From the IMG/VR virus record IMGVR_UViG_3300045988_127492, positions 32,001-96,000 of that record: 64,000 nt of DNA. One strand, written 5' to 3'. The position numbers and the translations under genes were made by a program. Shown here in pieces: positions 26,607 through 36,851 of this stretch. The notes below the pieces were generated by a model. The model saw nothing but the letters and a program-made list of their open reading frames with translations, had not been told where the DNA came from and made no database searches. Within the stretch, counting starts at the first letter, position 1; each line of letters starts with the position of its first letter. The stretch is from a virus.

Positions 26607-27056
26607 ACGTCTTCCGCTCTGTCCGATTAGACCAGTAACCATAGAATATAAATCCATAAATGAGACAGAGCCAGTTGTTTCTTTAGCAGCATTATTTACT
26701 CTTGCTCCCCTAGGAGAAAGCTTACTAATATCTACACCGCAACCGCCACCATAACTATATGTACGTGCCAGTTTCTTAGCACAATCAAAGATACTCTCAA
26801 TGTTGTCTTCAGGTGGCTCAATCACATAACAGTTGCTGAGACTAATCTTACGTCCTTTATTTTCAAGACCTCTATTAGCAAGAATACGTCCACCGAATAA
26901 GAACTTTTTCTCTCTAATTAACTGAGCAATTGTTGTATTGCCACCAGACACACGAGAAATCCACTCATCAAAGGTTTCGTTGTTAGATCTGTATTTTCCT
27001 TCCCAGATATCTTTTCCTAACTGATTGTCTTTTCCTAACCATTCCTGTACTGTCAT
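26607..27056 (-). CDS. nrdJ: Class II ribonucleotide reductase, exon 1
   Basis: The ATG at 27056 is 7 nt after AAGGAG. Motifs LSNCYV, SYGGGCGVDISKLSPRGA and TGSVSFMDLY...IGQSGRR. Confidence 0.85.
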
Positions 27057-27067
27057 ACACATTCTCC

Positions 27068-27493
27068 TTAATCATAATAATTAACAATATAATCAATAGC
27101 TTCATTTAATGTCTCAAATACTACGTCGCAATCATCTGGAAGCCATTCATATACATTTTGTTTACCAAAACCAATAATAGGGATTTCTCTATCAACGGCA
27201 TACTGTAATTCCTGTCCAGTTCCAACAGAATTTTCAGTATCATTTAGATTCACTAGAATTAAATCGCAATTCGAAATAAGATACTTTGTGTAGAATGTTT
27301 TAGTTTGTTTACCACTCACACTATTTCCTGTACCTCTAGGGAAATACTGTGTTGGATCGTATAATTTGAATCTAATATCATCTAAATACTTTTCTGCTAG
27401 GATAAACTCTTTTAGTGCATTACCTCTCCAATTAACACCTAAATCAGGAAGTCCCTTACAAGCTCCAGCCAAGTATATTTTTAACTCTTTCAT
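27068..27493 (-). CDS. Nucleoside 2-deoxyribosyltransferase-like protein
   Basis: IYLAG..., LILVNLND...GTGQELQYA and IPIIGF follow the pattern of the NDT/Rcl-like fold (by eye). Confidence 0.45.
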   Translation of the reverse strand: MKELKIYLAGACKGLPDLGVNWRGNALKEFILAEKYLDDIRFKLYDPTQYFPRGTGNSVSGKQTKTFYTKYLISNCDLILVNLNDTENSVGTGQELQYAVDREIPIIGFGKQNVYEWLPDDCDVVFETLNEAIDYIVNYYD

Positions 27494-27494
27494 C

Positions 27495-27731
27495 CTACTC
27501 CTCCATCATATATTTAAGAAATAAAGCTACATCATCCGGATTCTCACAACGAAGTTCTAAGGTATCTAATAACATGTCGCCTGACTGCACTAAAGCAGTC
27601 AAAACAAATCTGCATAGCTGACTATTAAGCACGATGTTGTCACCTTCCGGTGAAATAATATCTACTCTTCCTTTACACTGATCTACTACTTTAAAAAATG
27701 CATCAAAATCTTTAATTCGATTGATTTTCAT
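27495..27731 (-). CDS. Hypothetical protein
   Basis: 78-aa ORF, tightly packed with its neighbours. Confidence 0.45.
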   Translation of the reverse strand: MKINRIKDFDAFFKVVDQCKGRVDIISPEGDNIVLNSQLCRFVLTALVQSGDMLLDTLELRCENPDDVALFLKYMMEE

Positions 27732-27924
27732 TTGTGTCCTCCTTATCTTCTATATATAACTGGTACTCATTTTCTGGACAGCAAGCCGCTTTATACAGTG
27801 TTGCCATAGAGAAAACTTCATCCGGTTTGAATCTATCTATTTCTTTATACCTATAACAAGTTTCTTTCTTATCACATTCCACCGGATTTCCAGTACAAAA
27901 AGTAATATCATGACTAAAACCCAT
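27712..27924 (-). CDS. Hypothetical Cys-containing protein
   Basis: 70-aa ORF in an overlapping gene series. Confidence 0.4.
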   Translation of the reverse strand: MGFSHDITFCTGNPVECDKKETCYRYKEIDRFKPDEVFSMATLYKAACCPENEYQLYIEDKEDTNENQSN

Positions 27925-28219
27925 AACCCATCTCCTTCAACTTTTTAAACCACTTTTGTAATTTTTCTTCCGTATATAAAAAATCATTATCTTGTAACCA
28001 CTTAACAAAATATTCTTCACTATGAAAGCAATTAGTACATCCATAAGAATAACTTGTATGTTCAAATGGAAGACTGGTGTATATACATTCATATATGTTT
28101 TCTCTGCGAAATTCTAACCCACACTTTTTACACTCTCTCCAGAATATGGGTTTTATTTTCTTTACTCGTATAGATTTCAAATACTTTTGTATTTCAACTT
28201 TCCTTGAATCCCTTTTCAT
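27914..28219 (-). CDS. Hypothetical zinc-ribbon-like protein
   Basis: CKKCG...CTNC cysteine pairs. Confidence 0.4.
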   Translation of the reverse strand: MKRDSRKVEIQKYLKSIRVKKIKPIFWRECKKCGLEFRRENIYECIYTSLPFEHTSYSYGCTNCFHSEEYFVKWLQDNDFLYTEEKLQKWFKKLKEMGYGF

Positions 28220-28404
28220 AAGATGTCTCCAATCGGTTCGTTGATAAATTTATCAATTGATCTATAGTCCTTAAGCATCGCAATTGCTCTGCTTAAAATA
28301 CCCTCTATTTCACAATATCGAGCGCTATCAGCAATATCTGATAATCTATCAATCACCTGCGTAACTGTCATATTCCTATATGATGGCTCTTTGTATTCGT
28401 CCAT
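28216..28404 (-). CDS. Hypothetical protein
   Basis: 62-aa ORF with an overlapping stop/start. Confidence 0.4.
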   Translation of the reverse strand: MDEYKEPSYRNMTVTQVIDRLSDIADSARYCEIEGILSRAIAMLKDYRSIDKFINEPIGDIL

Positions 28405-28415
28405 TTCTGTACCTC

Positions 28416-30662
28416 CTAAAAATCAAATTTTTTGTTACATAATTCATCTAAATCATCCATAAGATAAGTCTGTCTATGGATAATTTGTTCTTTAGTAATT
28501 GCATATTGTAAAGCCTTAGTCTGAGCACATAATATAAATTTTTTGCTGGCTCTAGTAATCATGGTATATAGAAGTTCTTTGTTGAGCATAATAAACATTG
28601 AAAAGTCTATCCCGCCAATAACCGTATCAAACTGACTTCCTTGGGCTGAATGACAAGTTATTGCATATCCAAGTTCTATATAAGGAGCATGTGATTTAGG
28701 CACTTCTACATAGCCAATTCCTTGAAAATCTATCAGAATATAATCATCTTTTATATCTTTTATGATGCCTAAGTTCCCATTAAAGATATCTACAACTGAG
28801 CCATCAGAATTAATTATCTGATACTTGTTCAGCTTATTTATAACTTTATCTCCTACTTTTAGAGTCCATTGAACTACTCCGCTTTTCATGATTTTATATT
28901 GTTTTTTTGATTTGGGGTTGTATATCTGTTGAGCTATATGATTTAAAGAAGCTACTGAAGATACTCCCTGTTTACAGGGAACAATGATTTGTACGTCCAG
29001 AATTGACTTGATATGTTTAATTTCTTCTTTAAAATACTTCACTATGTTGTGATATGTATTAGATTTATCAGTATAGCAATTGAGTATCATGTCCTGGAGT
29101 TCTCCTCTAGTTTCTTCTCCAGTCCATCCATTAGCAGTTAATTGTTTTCCTTGTCTTACTCGAATACTTTCGGTAATAATAGCTGATTTCTGAGCTTGTC
29201 TATGAATTTTATCAAGGAAGATTGATGAGATATATTTGGATTCAAGCATGTCTGCGGCTACTGCACAACTACCGATAGATTCTAGTTGTCCAACATCACC
29301 AATAAAGATTACTTTTGTTCCAGTAGCACACGCTTTTAGTAACTGTTTAAAGATATATCCATCAATCATGGACATTTCATCTACAACAATTATGTCGTAT
29401 TCCAGTGGATCTGACTCATAATTAAAAGGTGTTCTTGGATCACCGTATCTAAGTTTCAATAACTTATGAATGGTCTGACTTTCTTTACCAGAGGCTTCAC
29501 TAATTCTAGCGGCAGCTCTACCAGCTAAAGCAACTGTTACACTTTCATAATCTTGTAAAATAGTAAGAATGCCATCAATAATACTTGTTTTACCAGTTCC
29601 TCCGTAGCCGGAGATACAACATATTTGATTGTCAAGTACCATCTTGATGCCTTCAATTTGTTGCTCTGTATATTTCCAACCTTGAGCTCTTTCTTTCTTT
29701 TTTATTATTTCTTTCCAGTTTGAATACTGAAATTTATTCGGAGCATTTTTAAGTCTCATTAAATGCTCTGCAATCGAATATTCGAGGTCATAATACCATT
29801 TTAATCCGATTTTAGTTTTATCTTTATTCCATACGATTGTCCCAGAATCTTTTAGGTCATGCATCGCTTCTGCAATATTTAAATCAGGTACATCTTCACC
29901 GATTTTATCTATCAATTCCTGCATAACTTCTTCTGAATAGCTAAAGGATTTTCCATTCTCACCTTGAGCTCTTAAGAATAACTTAATACAAGTTTTTATA
30001 CGGTCTGTACCATAAGGATCAGCTCCATTCTGTAATGCAATATCATCTGCTGTTTTCCAACCGATTCCTCTTATAATCGTCAAATCATACGGATGATTTT
30101 TAACAACGTCAACAGCTCTATCAACGTCTTCATGATAATATTCAATAATTTTCTCTATTAATCTGTCACTGATAGAATATCTAGCTAGGTCTATATATGC
30201 TTTATGTTTATCATAGGTATCATTAAATTTTTCAATCCACCTAGTAGCTACACTTGGTCCGCATCCTTTTATCTTTGTAAGTTCTTCAATATTGCCTTCT
30301 TTTAAGGCTAAATATGGATTATCTAAGGTTTCGTACATTCTCTGTACATATGCAGGAAACAACTTACAAAGAATATATTTTTGACCTCTAATATCAGTTT
30401 CTGCCAAGTCATTATTCATAGAACATTCAAGGATATTTATCTGTTCGCCCCATGTGGAGCTATAATCCATTTCACCTTTTATGTCATAAACTTTTCCCAT
30501 AATAGGGGTATAGATATTGCCTTTTATACAGTATCTCATGCCTTTTGTCAGATTTCCTATAGATACATCTCTCACTGTTGCATAAAATATACCCCAGTGA
30601 GAAGATTCACTATAGTACTTTTGTTCTTCTAAAAGACCTTTGAACTGTACTTGTTCAATCAC
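28416..30662 (-). CDS. RecD-like SF1 DNA helicase
   Basis: ISGYGGTGKTS (Walker A), IIVVDEMSMID (Walker B), GDVGQLESI and AITCHSAQGSQFD motifs, plus a helix-hairpin-helix-like N-terminal region. GTG start. Confidence 0.8.
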   Translation of the reverse strand: MIEQVQFKGLLEEQKYYSESSHWGIFYATVRDVSIGNLTKGMRYCIKGNIYTPIMGKVYDIKGEMDYSSTWGEQINILECSMNNDLAETDIRGQKYILCKLFPAYVQRMYETLDNPYLALKEGNIEELTKIKGCGPSVATRWIEKFNDTYDKHKAYIDLARYSISDRLIEKIIEYYHEDVDRAVDVVKNHPYDLTIIRGIGWKTADDIALQNGADPYGTDRIKTCIKLFLRAQGENGKSFSYSEEVMQELIDKIGEDVPDLNIAEAMHDLKDSGTIVWNKDKTKIGLKWYYDLEYSIAEHLMRLKNAPNKFQYSNWKEIIKKKERAQGWKYTEQQIEGIKMVLDNQICCISGYGGTGKTSIIDGILTILQDYESVTVALAGRAAARISEASGKESQTIHKLLKLRYGDPRTPFNYESDPLEYDIIVVDEMSMIDGYIFKQLLKACATGTKVIFIGDVGQLESIGSCAVAADMLESKYISSIFLDKIHRQAQKSAIITESIRVRQGKQLTANGWTGEETRGELQDMILNCYTDKSNTYHNIVKYFKEEIKHIKSILDVQIIVPCKQGVSSVASLNHIAQQIYNPKSKKQYKIMKSGVVQWTLKVGDKVINKLNKYQIINSDGSVVDIFNGNLGIIKDIKDDYILIDFQGIGYVEVPKSHAPYIELGYAITCHSAQGSQFDTVIGGIDFSMFIMLNKELLYTMITRASKKFILCAQTKALQYAITKEQIIHRQTYLMDDLDELCNKKFDF

Positions 30663-30670
30663 GGTCTCTA

Positions 30671-33235
30671 TTAATCTTCACCCACTTTCTTTCTATCTGT
30701 TTGAGCCAGTATTGTCCCATCACTATAAATTTCTTCAATTTTATTGGTCGTATGAGTATAAACAGTATCTGCATACTTTGTGACAACAAACTGATCCTCA
30801 CGTCTATAGCCGCAAACAATAATTTTGGAACCTCTTTTAAACCAAGATTCTTCCAAAACCTTTTTCTTATCTGCTTTCTGTTCAGAAATTCTTTTGTTAT
30901 AATAGCTGTACTGACCTTTGTTATATTTACAAGTCACTACACAATGATTAGTGAGTAAAGTTACCAGATGTTTGTTGTTATCAGAATCTAAGACAGTTCC
31001 GGCTAATCGAACTATCTGGAACTTAGGAATATGTTTAATTTCTCCTCTGATTCTCCTCGTGATATATTGATATACTTGAGGACTTTCTGGAAGTGAGTTG
31101 TAGTCTACCACTCCATACTTTGCTTCGTTTAAGTTCCATAACTCATGTCTATCAGGATAATAGCTTAATGACTCCATGTCCCACTGTTCCAACGATCCAG
31201 ATGCATAGGTTGCTATTGTAGAATCAAACTTTTTCTGGTTATATAACTGGAGCGTCTCAGGTAAGGCCATATAATCTTTCAATGGTTGTATAAGAGCATC
31301 CCATTCTTTGTTAAATAGCTTCTCTGAAATAATTACTCCATCTCCTTTTGTTCCTACAATACATGTATTGAAATGTTCCATTAAGAATTCTGTTCCTCTT
31401 TCGTCCAATGCAAAATACCTATCATGATATCCTTTTTTAGGTATCTTTTTACCCTCTTCTATTATGTTTTTTAAGAAGAAACTTTCATGCAGTGCATAAG
31501 CTTTAAAATTCTTAATTCTAATCAATATTTCCATCTCTTTGGGGAAGATATCGTATTCTAATGCAGAATTAAATTGCTGCATAGTCAGTTTGTCTGTAGG
31601 TGCGAATACATTACGAGAAAGAAACTTTTTCATTGTTGCCATACGATCTGGAGAATCAAGTTCGTTGAAACATCCAGCTTTAATTAGAATAATCATTTTA
31701 GCTGTACCAATAATTTTAGTATCTACTAAACGCTTACAAAAATCCTCAAATGCACTATATGGTTGATGCTCTACAATAGCACGAGCTATATCATCACCAA
31801 TTCCACAAAGTCCTTTGAATGAGAAAATGATACGATTGTTCTTTTCATCTGGAACAAAGGAAAACTTTGCTTCATTGATAAGAGGTCTGTCTACTGTGAT
31901 TGAGCGTTGCTTAAAATTAGCAATTGCTGAAGCTATCTTTCCATACTTAGTCGATTTATTATCTTCTATCTCTTCATTGGCACCAGCATCAACAATAAGG
32001 TTAGCTGCATTCCAATAAATTAGTGGATAATGATACGCTAAATTCATCTCTTGTACTGCAATAGTTGAATAAGCAACAATATGAGGGAGACTAAAGCTAT
32101 ATCCAAGCTGTTTTCTTATAACTTCGTTCCATACATAATCAAGCATATTGATTCGTGTACCTATCTCTAATCCATGCTTATAAAATTTATCATGTGCTTC
32201 TTTCTGTAGTTTTTTCTTTTTCTTTGCGATACTTTTACGTAAGTAGTTAGCTTCAGTCATAGTAAAATCTGATATGTGTTTATCCATAGATAGTTGCATT
32301 ACTTCTTCTTGCATTGTTGCCATGCCATGAACAGATTTTAAGTATTTCTCTATAATCCCTATTTCATTGGCATTTAACTGATATTTTTGTTTCATACATT
32401 TGTACCATTCATTGATATTGTTTTTATATCTAACAAAAGTATCAATTGGCTGTTCTTCATCTTCTCCTTGTACCATAAGACGCATGGCAGCATTAGCAGT
32501 TCCCAGCTCAGTTAATGATCTAGGCTTAATTGTTTGGATGGCTTTAGCTCCTACTTGAGTCTGAAACTGAAATAAATTTACAATTTCAAGCTTTTCTGCC
32601 ATTTTCCACATCTCTTCTGAGTCATAATCCAACACATCAGGATGTAGATACTTATTATAGGTATCTCTTAAAGTGCCTTGCCATTCTATATATCCATATT
32701 TGACTAAAAAGTCTAAACATAAATGCATAGCGTCTAAATTCTGAATAGTCAGATAATCAAACTTAAGTCCACCACAATAAGAAGAATTATCCATATCCCA
32801 TTGTGTAACAGGTTGTCCATTAGGAGCCTTCATCATTGCATTGTGTTCTAAGTAAGGAGCATCAAATATGATTACTCCACTGGCATGTATTGATCTGCCG
32901 CAAACTAGACCTTCTATTGCCATAGCAGTATCTAATAAACCAGGATATTTCTTACATTCATTTAGAAACTCTGTCGCAGGCTTTACATTATCTTCTTCGT
33001 TACCATATTTCATTTCAGTCAAAGAAGCTGTCTTTCCTCTGGTAACCGGAATCATTCCTGCTAAATATTGTGCTATGTCGTTGTCTATTTTCAACCCCCT
33101 AGCAGTTGTGAGAATCGCTGATTTACTTCCTTCTGTTTTAAATGTACAAATGTTAAGTACTTTATCATATCCATATCTTTTTCTTGTTGCTTCTATAATC
33201 CTTTGCCTTTTTGAGGCTTCTGTATCAATATCTAC
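30671..33235 (-). CDS. dnaE: DNA polymerase III alpha subunit, exon 2
   Basis: The frame is open upstream of the track's start. It reads VDIDTEASKRQRIIEATRKRYGYDKVLNICTFKTEGSKSAI..., which is the continuation expected after the MPD of exon 1. HASGVIIF and LKFDYLTIQNLD motifs are present. Confidence 0.85.
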   Translation of the reverse strand, partial: VDIDTEASKRQRIIEATRKRYGYDKVLNICTFKTEGSKSAILTTARGLKIDNDIAQYLAGMIPVTRGKTASLTEMKYGNEEDNVKPATEFLNECKKYPGLLDTAMAIEGLVCGRSIHASGVIIFDAPYLEHNAMMKAPNGQPVTQWDMDNSSYCGGLKFDYLTIQNLDAMHLCLDFLVKYGYIEWQGTLRDTYNKYLHPDVLDYDSEEMWKMAEKLEIVNLFQFQTQVGAKAIQTIKPRSLTELGTANAAMRLMVQGEDEEQPIDTFVRYKNNINEWYKCMKQKYQLNANEIGIIEKYLKSVHGMATMQEEVMQLSMDKHISDFTMTEANYLRKSIAKKKKKLQKEAHDKFYKHGLEIGTRINMLDYVWNEVIRKQLGYSFSLPHIVAYSTIAVQEMNLAYHYPLIYWNAANLIVDAGANEEIEDNKSTKYGKIASAIANFKQRSITVDRPLINEAKFSFVPDEKNNRIIFSFKGLCGIGDDIARAIVEHQPYSAFEDFCKRLVDTKIIGTAKMIILIKAGCFNELDSPDRMATMKKFLSRNVFAPTDKLTMQQFNSALEYDIFPKEMEILIRIKNFKAYALHESFFLKNIIEEGKKIPKKGYHDRYFALDERGTEFLMEHFNTCIVGTKGDGVIISEKLFNKEWDALIQPLKDYMALPETLQLYNQKKFDSTIATYASGSLEQWDMESLSYYPDRHELWNLNEAKYGVVDYNSLPESPQVYQYITRRIRGEIKHIPKFQIVRLAGTVLDSDNNKHLVTLLTNHCVVTCKYNKGQYSYYNKRISEQKADKKKVLEESWFKRGSKIIVCGYRREDQFVVTKYADTVYTHTTNKIEEIYSDGTILAQTDRKKVGED

Positions 33236-34492
33236 CGAAATACTTTATGTTTCCATAAGGGCTAGACTATATTTTCACCTTCGTCTTTAGCGGTCAGGTG
33301 TTTCATCTTTCAAGTGGTAGCAATCTCCACCTTACTCTCCTTTGAGATAGTCGTTACACATACATCTTGTATAGCACGGTATTACCACAGCTATCTTACG
33401 AAAGACCTTCAGGTTCTCTTAGTCAGCTTATTCGCCTTTGGACAAATGGCTTATAATTGTCATATAAGCAGTCTTAGTTCACTGATACCGTTAGCAGCTT
33501 ATGCCACACCTCTTTGCAATCAGAGTTTATGAAACTTAACACCAAATATTTCTATTCAGCTCGACCCGTTTTAAAATACTCATTTACTAATAACCTATAT
33601 TTCTGATATTTTCTATTCATATAAGTTGTAGCATGTCCATAAAATCTATAGCACATTTCAATTGTTTGCATCGGACCGCCGATATTGAGCGCAAAAATGT
33701 TATCCTTTCTGTCTTTGTATCTTTTGTCTAATTCTATTTTACTTTTACTAAGATAGTCTTTTAGTCCAATTAAAAACTCTTTCGTGCCAGTAAAGCCAAT
33801 GCAAGCATTAATAACTTTGCCATTCCTTATATCAATGGTTATACTTCCGTCACCATCCAAATAGCCACGTATAAAATCATACTTATATTGTTTCGGTACG
33901 ATAGAATCATCTGGAAAAACAAGTTGTTTGGTTTTTTGTTCGATACATCCTTTTTTAATAAGTTGTTGCGCCATATGTTCACTTGTAACCAATACTCGTC
34001 CATAAACAGTATTTTTCTTATATGAGCTATTAGTACTATATATATTTATAGGTCCGGTAAAATTAATATCTTCTTTAAAAGCTTCCAGTCGTTCTTTATC
34101 TTTAATGCTTAAAGAAAGTCCAACTTTTCTATTTCCACACTTTCTTTTAGACACTATGTATCCATCTGCATATAAGAATCCTAACCAATAAGCTTTATGT
34201 TCATTATCTATCGCATCAAAATAATGTTCATTTACAGAATATTTTAAAGCTTGCTCTCTATCTGTTCTTATATGTATGTTGCTCTCTTTTAATTTTTTAG
34301 AAACAGCTTCTGGAGAAGTTTTAATTTCTTTTGCTATATTTGCTATTGATTTTTTATTATCAACATATTGCTCAATAATGTAATTTACACATTCTTGAGA
34401 CCATATTATTCTATTGTTAGAGGTACGTTTAACTTCCATAAGTATCTACCTCCTTTCTTTAGATTTTTATATGAGTATTTTAAATAAGTTGA
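33236..34492 (-). mobile_element. Group I intron (IA2/td-like core) in dnaE carrying a LAGLIDADG ORF
   Basis: Exon 1 ends GAU| and the intron ends UUUCG|. The 3' core UAACGACUAUCUCAAAGGAGAGUAAGG...GAAAAUAUAGUCUAG closely parallels the phage T4 td intron P7-P3'-P8...P7' strands (recalled from memory). Confidence 0.8.
33552..34439 (-). CDS. LAGLIDADG homing endonuclease (intron-encoded, two motifs)
   Basis: YWLGFLYADGYI and FIRGYLDGDGSI motifs; AAAGGAGG RBS. Confidence 0.85.
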   Translation of the reverse strand: MEVKRTSNNRIIWSQECVNYIIEQYVDNKKSIANIAKEIKTSPEAVSKKLKESNIHIRTDREQALKYSVNEHYFDAIDNEHKAYWLGFLYADGYIVSKRKCGNRKVGLSLSIKDKERLEAFKEDINFTGPINIYSTNSSYKKNTVYGRVLVTSEHMAQQLIKKGCIEQKTKQLVFPDDSIVPKQYKYDFIRGYLDGDGSITIDIRNGKVINACIGFTGTKEFLIGLKDYLSKSKIELDKRYKDRKDNIFALNIGGPMQTIEMCYRFYGHATTYMNRKYQKYRLLVNEYFKTGRAE

Positions 34493-35854
34493 ATCTGGCA
34501 TCTCTGGTCTACTGGCATGCAAATGCCTCCACCAAGGGATGTTATATTTTAAAGGATTAATTTGTTGCAAATTTATAAGATATGATATATAAAAAGAAGC
34601 AATAGATCCTCGTGATGGACCAACTAAAGATCCTCCACCATCTTCTGAGTCGTCCCACATCATATTGATAATATCCAATGCTGTAATATAATAAGAAGAA
34701 ACTCTATCATTTAATTTTTCACTGGTTTCCCAGATAGCTCCTAACTCATCATTAATTCTTAACATCATTGATCTTATCTCTTCTTTCGTAAGTGACTCCG
34801 AATATTGCTTTGACCACCATCCATCTTCGATAAGATATAGCAGATATCTATCACTCTTTTCTTTTGAATAAGCAAAATTCTTAATGTAGGGACAAAAATC
34901 ATAAGCTGTTTCAAAAGAGTGGCTCATTGTAAACTCTGGTATTTTAGCCTTAGGTACAATTTGCGTATGATACAAGTCATATTCTTCAACCTTCTCACCA
35001 ATCTCCAAAGAGCACATCAAAGCCTCTTCCACTTCTTCATACCCAAGATAATCCATCCTCTGATGAATTTGTTCATTAGTCATTAGCCAAGTTGATTCAT
35101 AGAAGTCACCTAACTCTCTTTCTTCATCATCGCGGCTATTAAGATAAGCAGCGTGGATTTCTCTATCTTCTTGTTTCAAATAATGGACATCACAAGCAAC
35201 CGTAGCTTTTATTCCTAACTGATGTTTTAGTTTTATAATTTCTCGATTCAGTTTTATCTGTTCTTCTGACAGCCCCGGTTGCATTTCTAAATAGAAATCT
35301 TTGCCAAATAACTGCTGGTTCCATTCGAGAAAAGGCAGGTAATTTTCTCCTGCAAGTAGAGACTTACCTAATTCTCCCCCTAGACATGCTGTTGTTGAAA
35401 TCAGGTGTCCAGGATTAGATTTAACCACACGTTCCAGATCACTCTTCAATGTAGGAACACGTTCCATTCTTCCTGTATAAAAACTATTGTCCCACGCTAA
35501 GGAGCTGAGTTCTCTCAACTGTTTATGACCTACTTCGTCTTTAGCCAAAAGAATGTAATGATAAAATGGTGATTCACAGGATTTCTTACCGTCTTCTGTT
35601 ACATATAATTTATCAATAAGATAAATTTCATTACCAAGGATACCTTTGAAATCCTCCGGTAATTCACCGGAAGACTTCATGGCTTTAATTGTTTGAATAA
35701 ATCTCACATGACCAGATACAGATTCATGGTCAGTGATAGCAACTCCTGAAAGTCCAAGAGATGCTGCTTGTTTTATTAATTGAGGTACTTTTACAATACA
35801 ATCCAACATACGAAGCTGACTAAATTCTGTATGTGCATGTGTCTCTATTCTCAC
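34493..35854 (-). CDS. dnaE: DNA polymerase III alpha subunit, exon 1 (PHP domain and start of the palm)
   Basis: THAHTEFS...ITDHESVSG is the PHP domain. GPSRGSIASFYISYLINLQQINPLKYNIPWWRHLHASRPEMPD ends at the conserved PD(I/V)DID active-site block. Confidence 0.85.
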
Positions 35855-36840
35855 TAGAACACCAACTTTCTCTTAGTATCTTTCTTTATTTCTTGTCCAT
35901 AAGGATTAAGTACTGCAAATGATTTCTTTTCAGGTGTCCACAAGCTATGATACTGACATAAACCAGCAAACTTAGGATCAGCATTTGGGGAAGTGCTGTG
36001 AAATGGGCACCAATAACATAATGGTGTTGGTTTAGGTGGATACTCACCTTTACCTTCCATTTCATCCATTTCGTTTAAAACCTTGTCCAGTTTCTTAATT
36101 CCTCTATTAAGATAGCCTTTAGTACATACTCCTTCGTCTGCTCCTTGGATAGCATCTATAAGGATAAAGTCATATACATGATCTGCAGCGGGCTGTCCAT
36201 ATAAGTAGATACATGCCAGGTCGTAAATCACATGTTGCATAGGTGTTTTTATGTCTGCATTTCTAAATACAGCTTTCGATGATTTGTAATCAGTAATTCG
36301 CAACTGTTCTTTTGCATTCTTGTCCACTCTATCAATAAAACCATGTATAATAACTCTATCGTCGTACACAAATTCAAATCTCTGTTCTACTGCTACAGGA
36401 GTCCACTCTTTACTATCAATCCTGGATGGTAATACTTTGTTATAAAAAATATCCATCTTCTCTGAATAGTTCATACCAGACTTACTGTCAGCAGTAAAAA
36501 ACTCATCAAAATATTTCTTTTTAAGGTCTTTTATACCGAGAATGTGATTATCCGACTTCTCATCAGTCTCTAAATAGCCCTCTTCTGTAATACTTTTAAG
36601 GTAATCATAATCCACTGTCTTGCCTTCCATTATCATTCTTCCTTTAAGCTCTAATGCTTTATGTAAAATAGAACCAATTTCCATAGGAAGTGATGATTTG
36701 CGTGAAAAATTCTTGTCCACGTATTTTAATTTGTGGCTTAATGGGCAGTGATCAAAGTTACTCTCTTTACTGTAGGAGAGATAAGGTAATCCCCTATCCA
36801 CCTCAGTTACTTGTCGGATTTTCTGACTGAATTCAGTCAA
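35854..36840 (-). CDS. PD-(D/E)XK nuclease, Cas4/RecB-like with Cys cluster
   Basis: HGFIDRVD...ITDYKSSK nuclease core. An N-terminal Cys plus the C-terminal CYWCPF...C cluster suggest an Fe-S type arrangement. Confidence 0.65.
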   Translation of the reverse strand: MTEFSQKIRQVTEVDRGLPYLSYSKESNFDHCPLSHKLKYVDKNFSRKSSLPMEIGSILHKALELKGRMIMEGKTVDYDYLKSITEEGYLETDEKSDNHILGIKDLKKKYFDEFFTADSKSGMNYSEKMDIFYNKVLPSRIDSKEWTPVAVEQRFEFVYDDRVIIHGFIDRVDKNAKEQLRITDYKSSKAVFRNADIKTPMQHVIYDLACIYLYGQPAADHVYDFILIDAIQGADEGVCTKGYLNRGIKKLDKVLNEMDEMEGKGEYPPKPTPLCYWCPFHSTSPNADPKFAGLCQYHSLWTPEKKSFAVLNPYGQEIKKDTKRKLVF

Positions 36841-36851
36841 TCAATGCCTTT

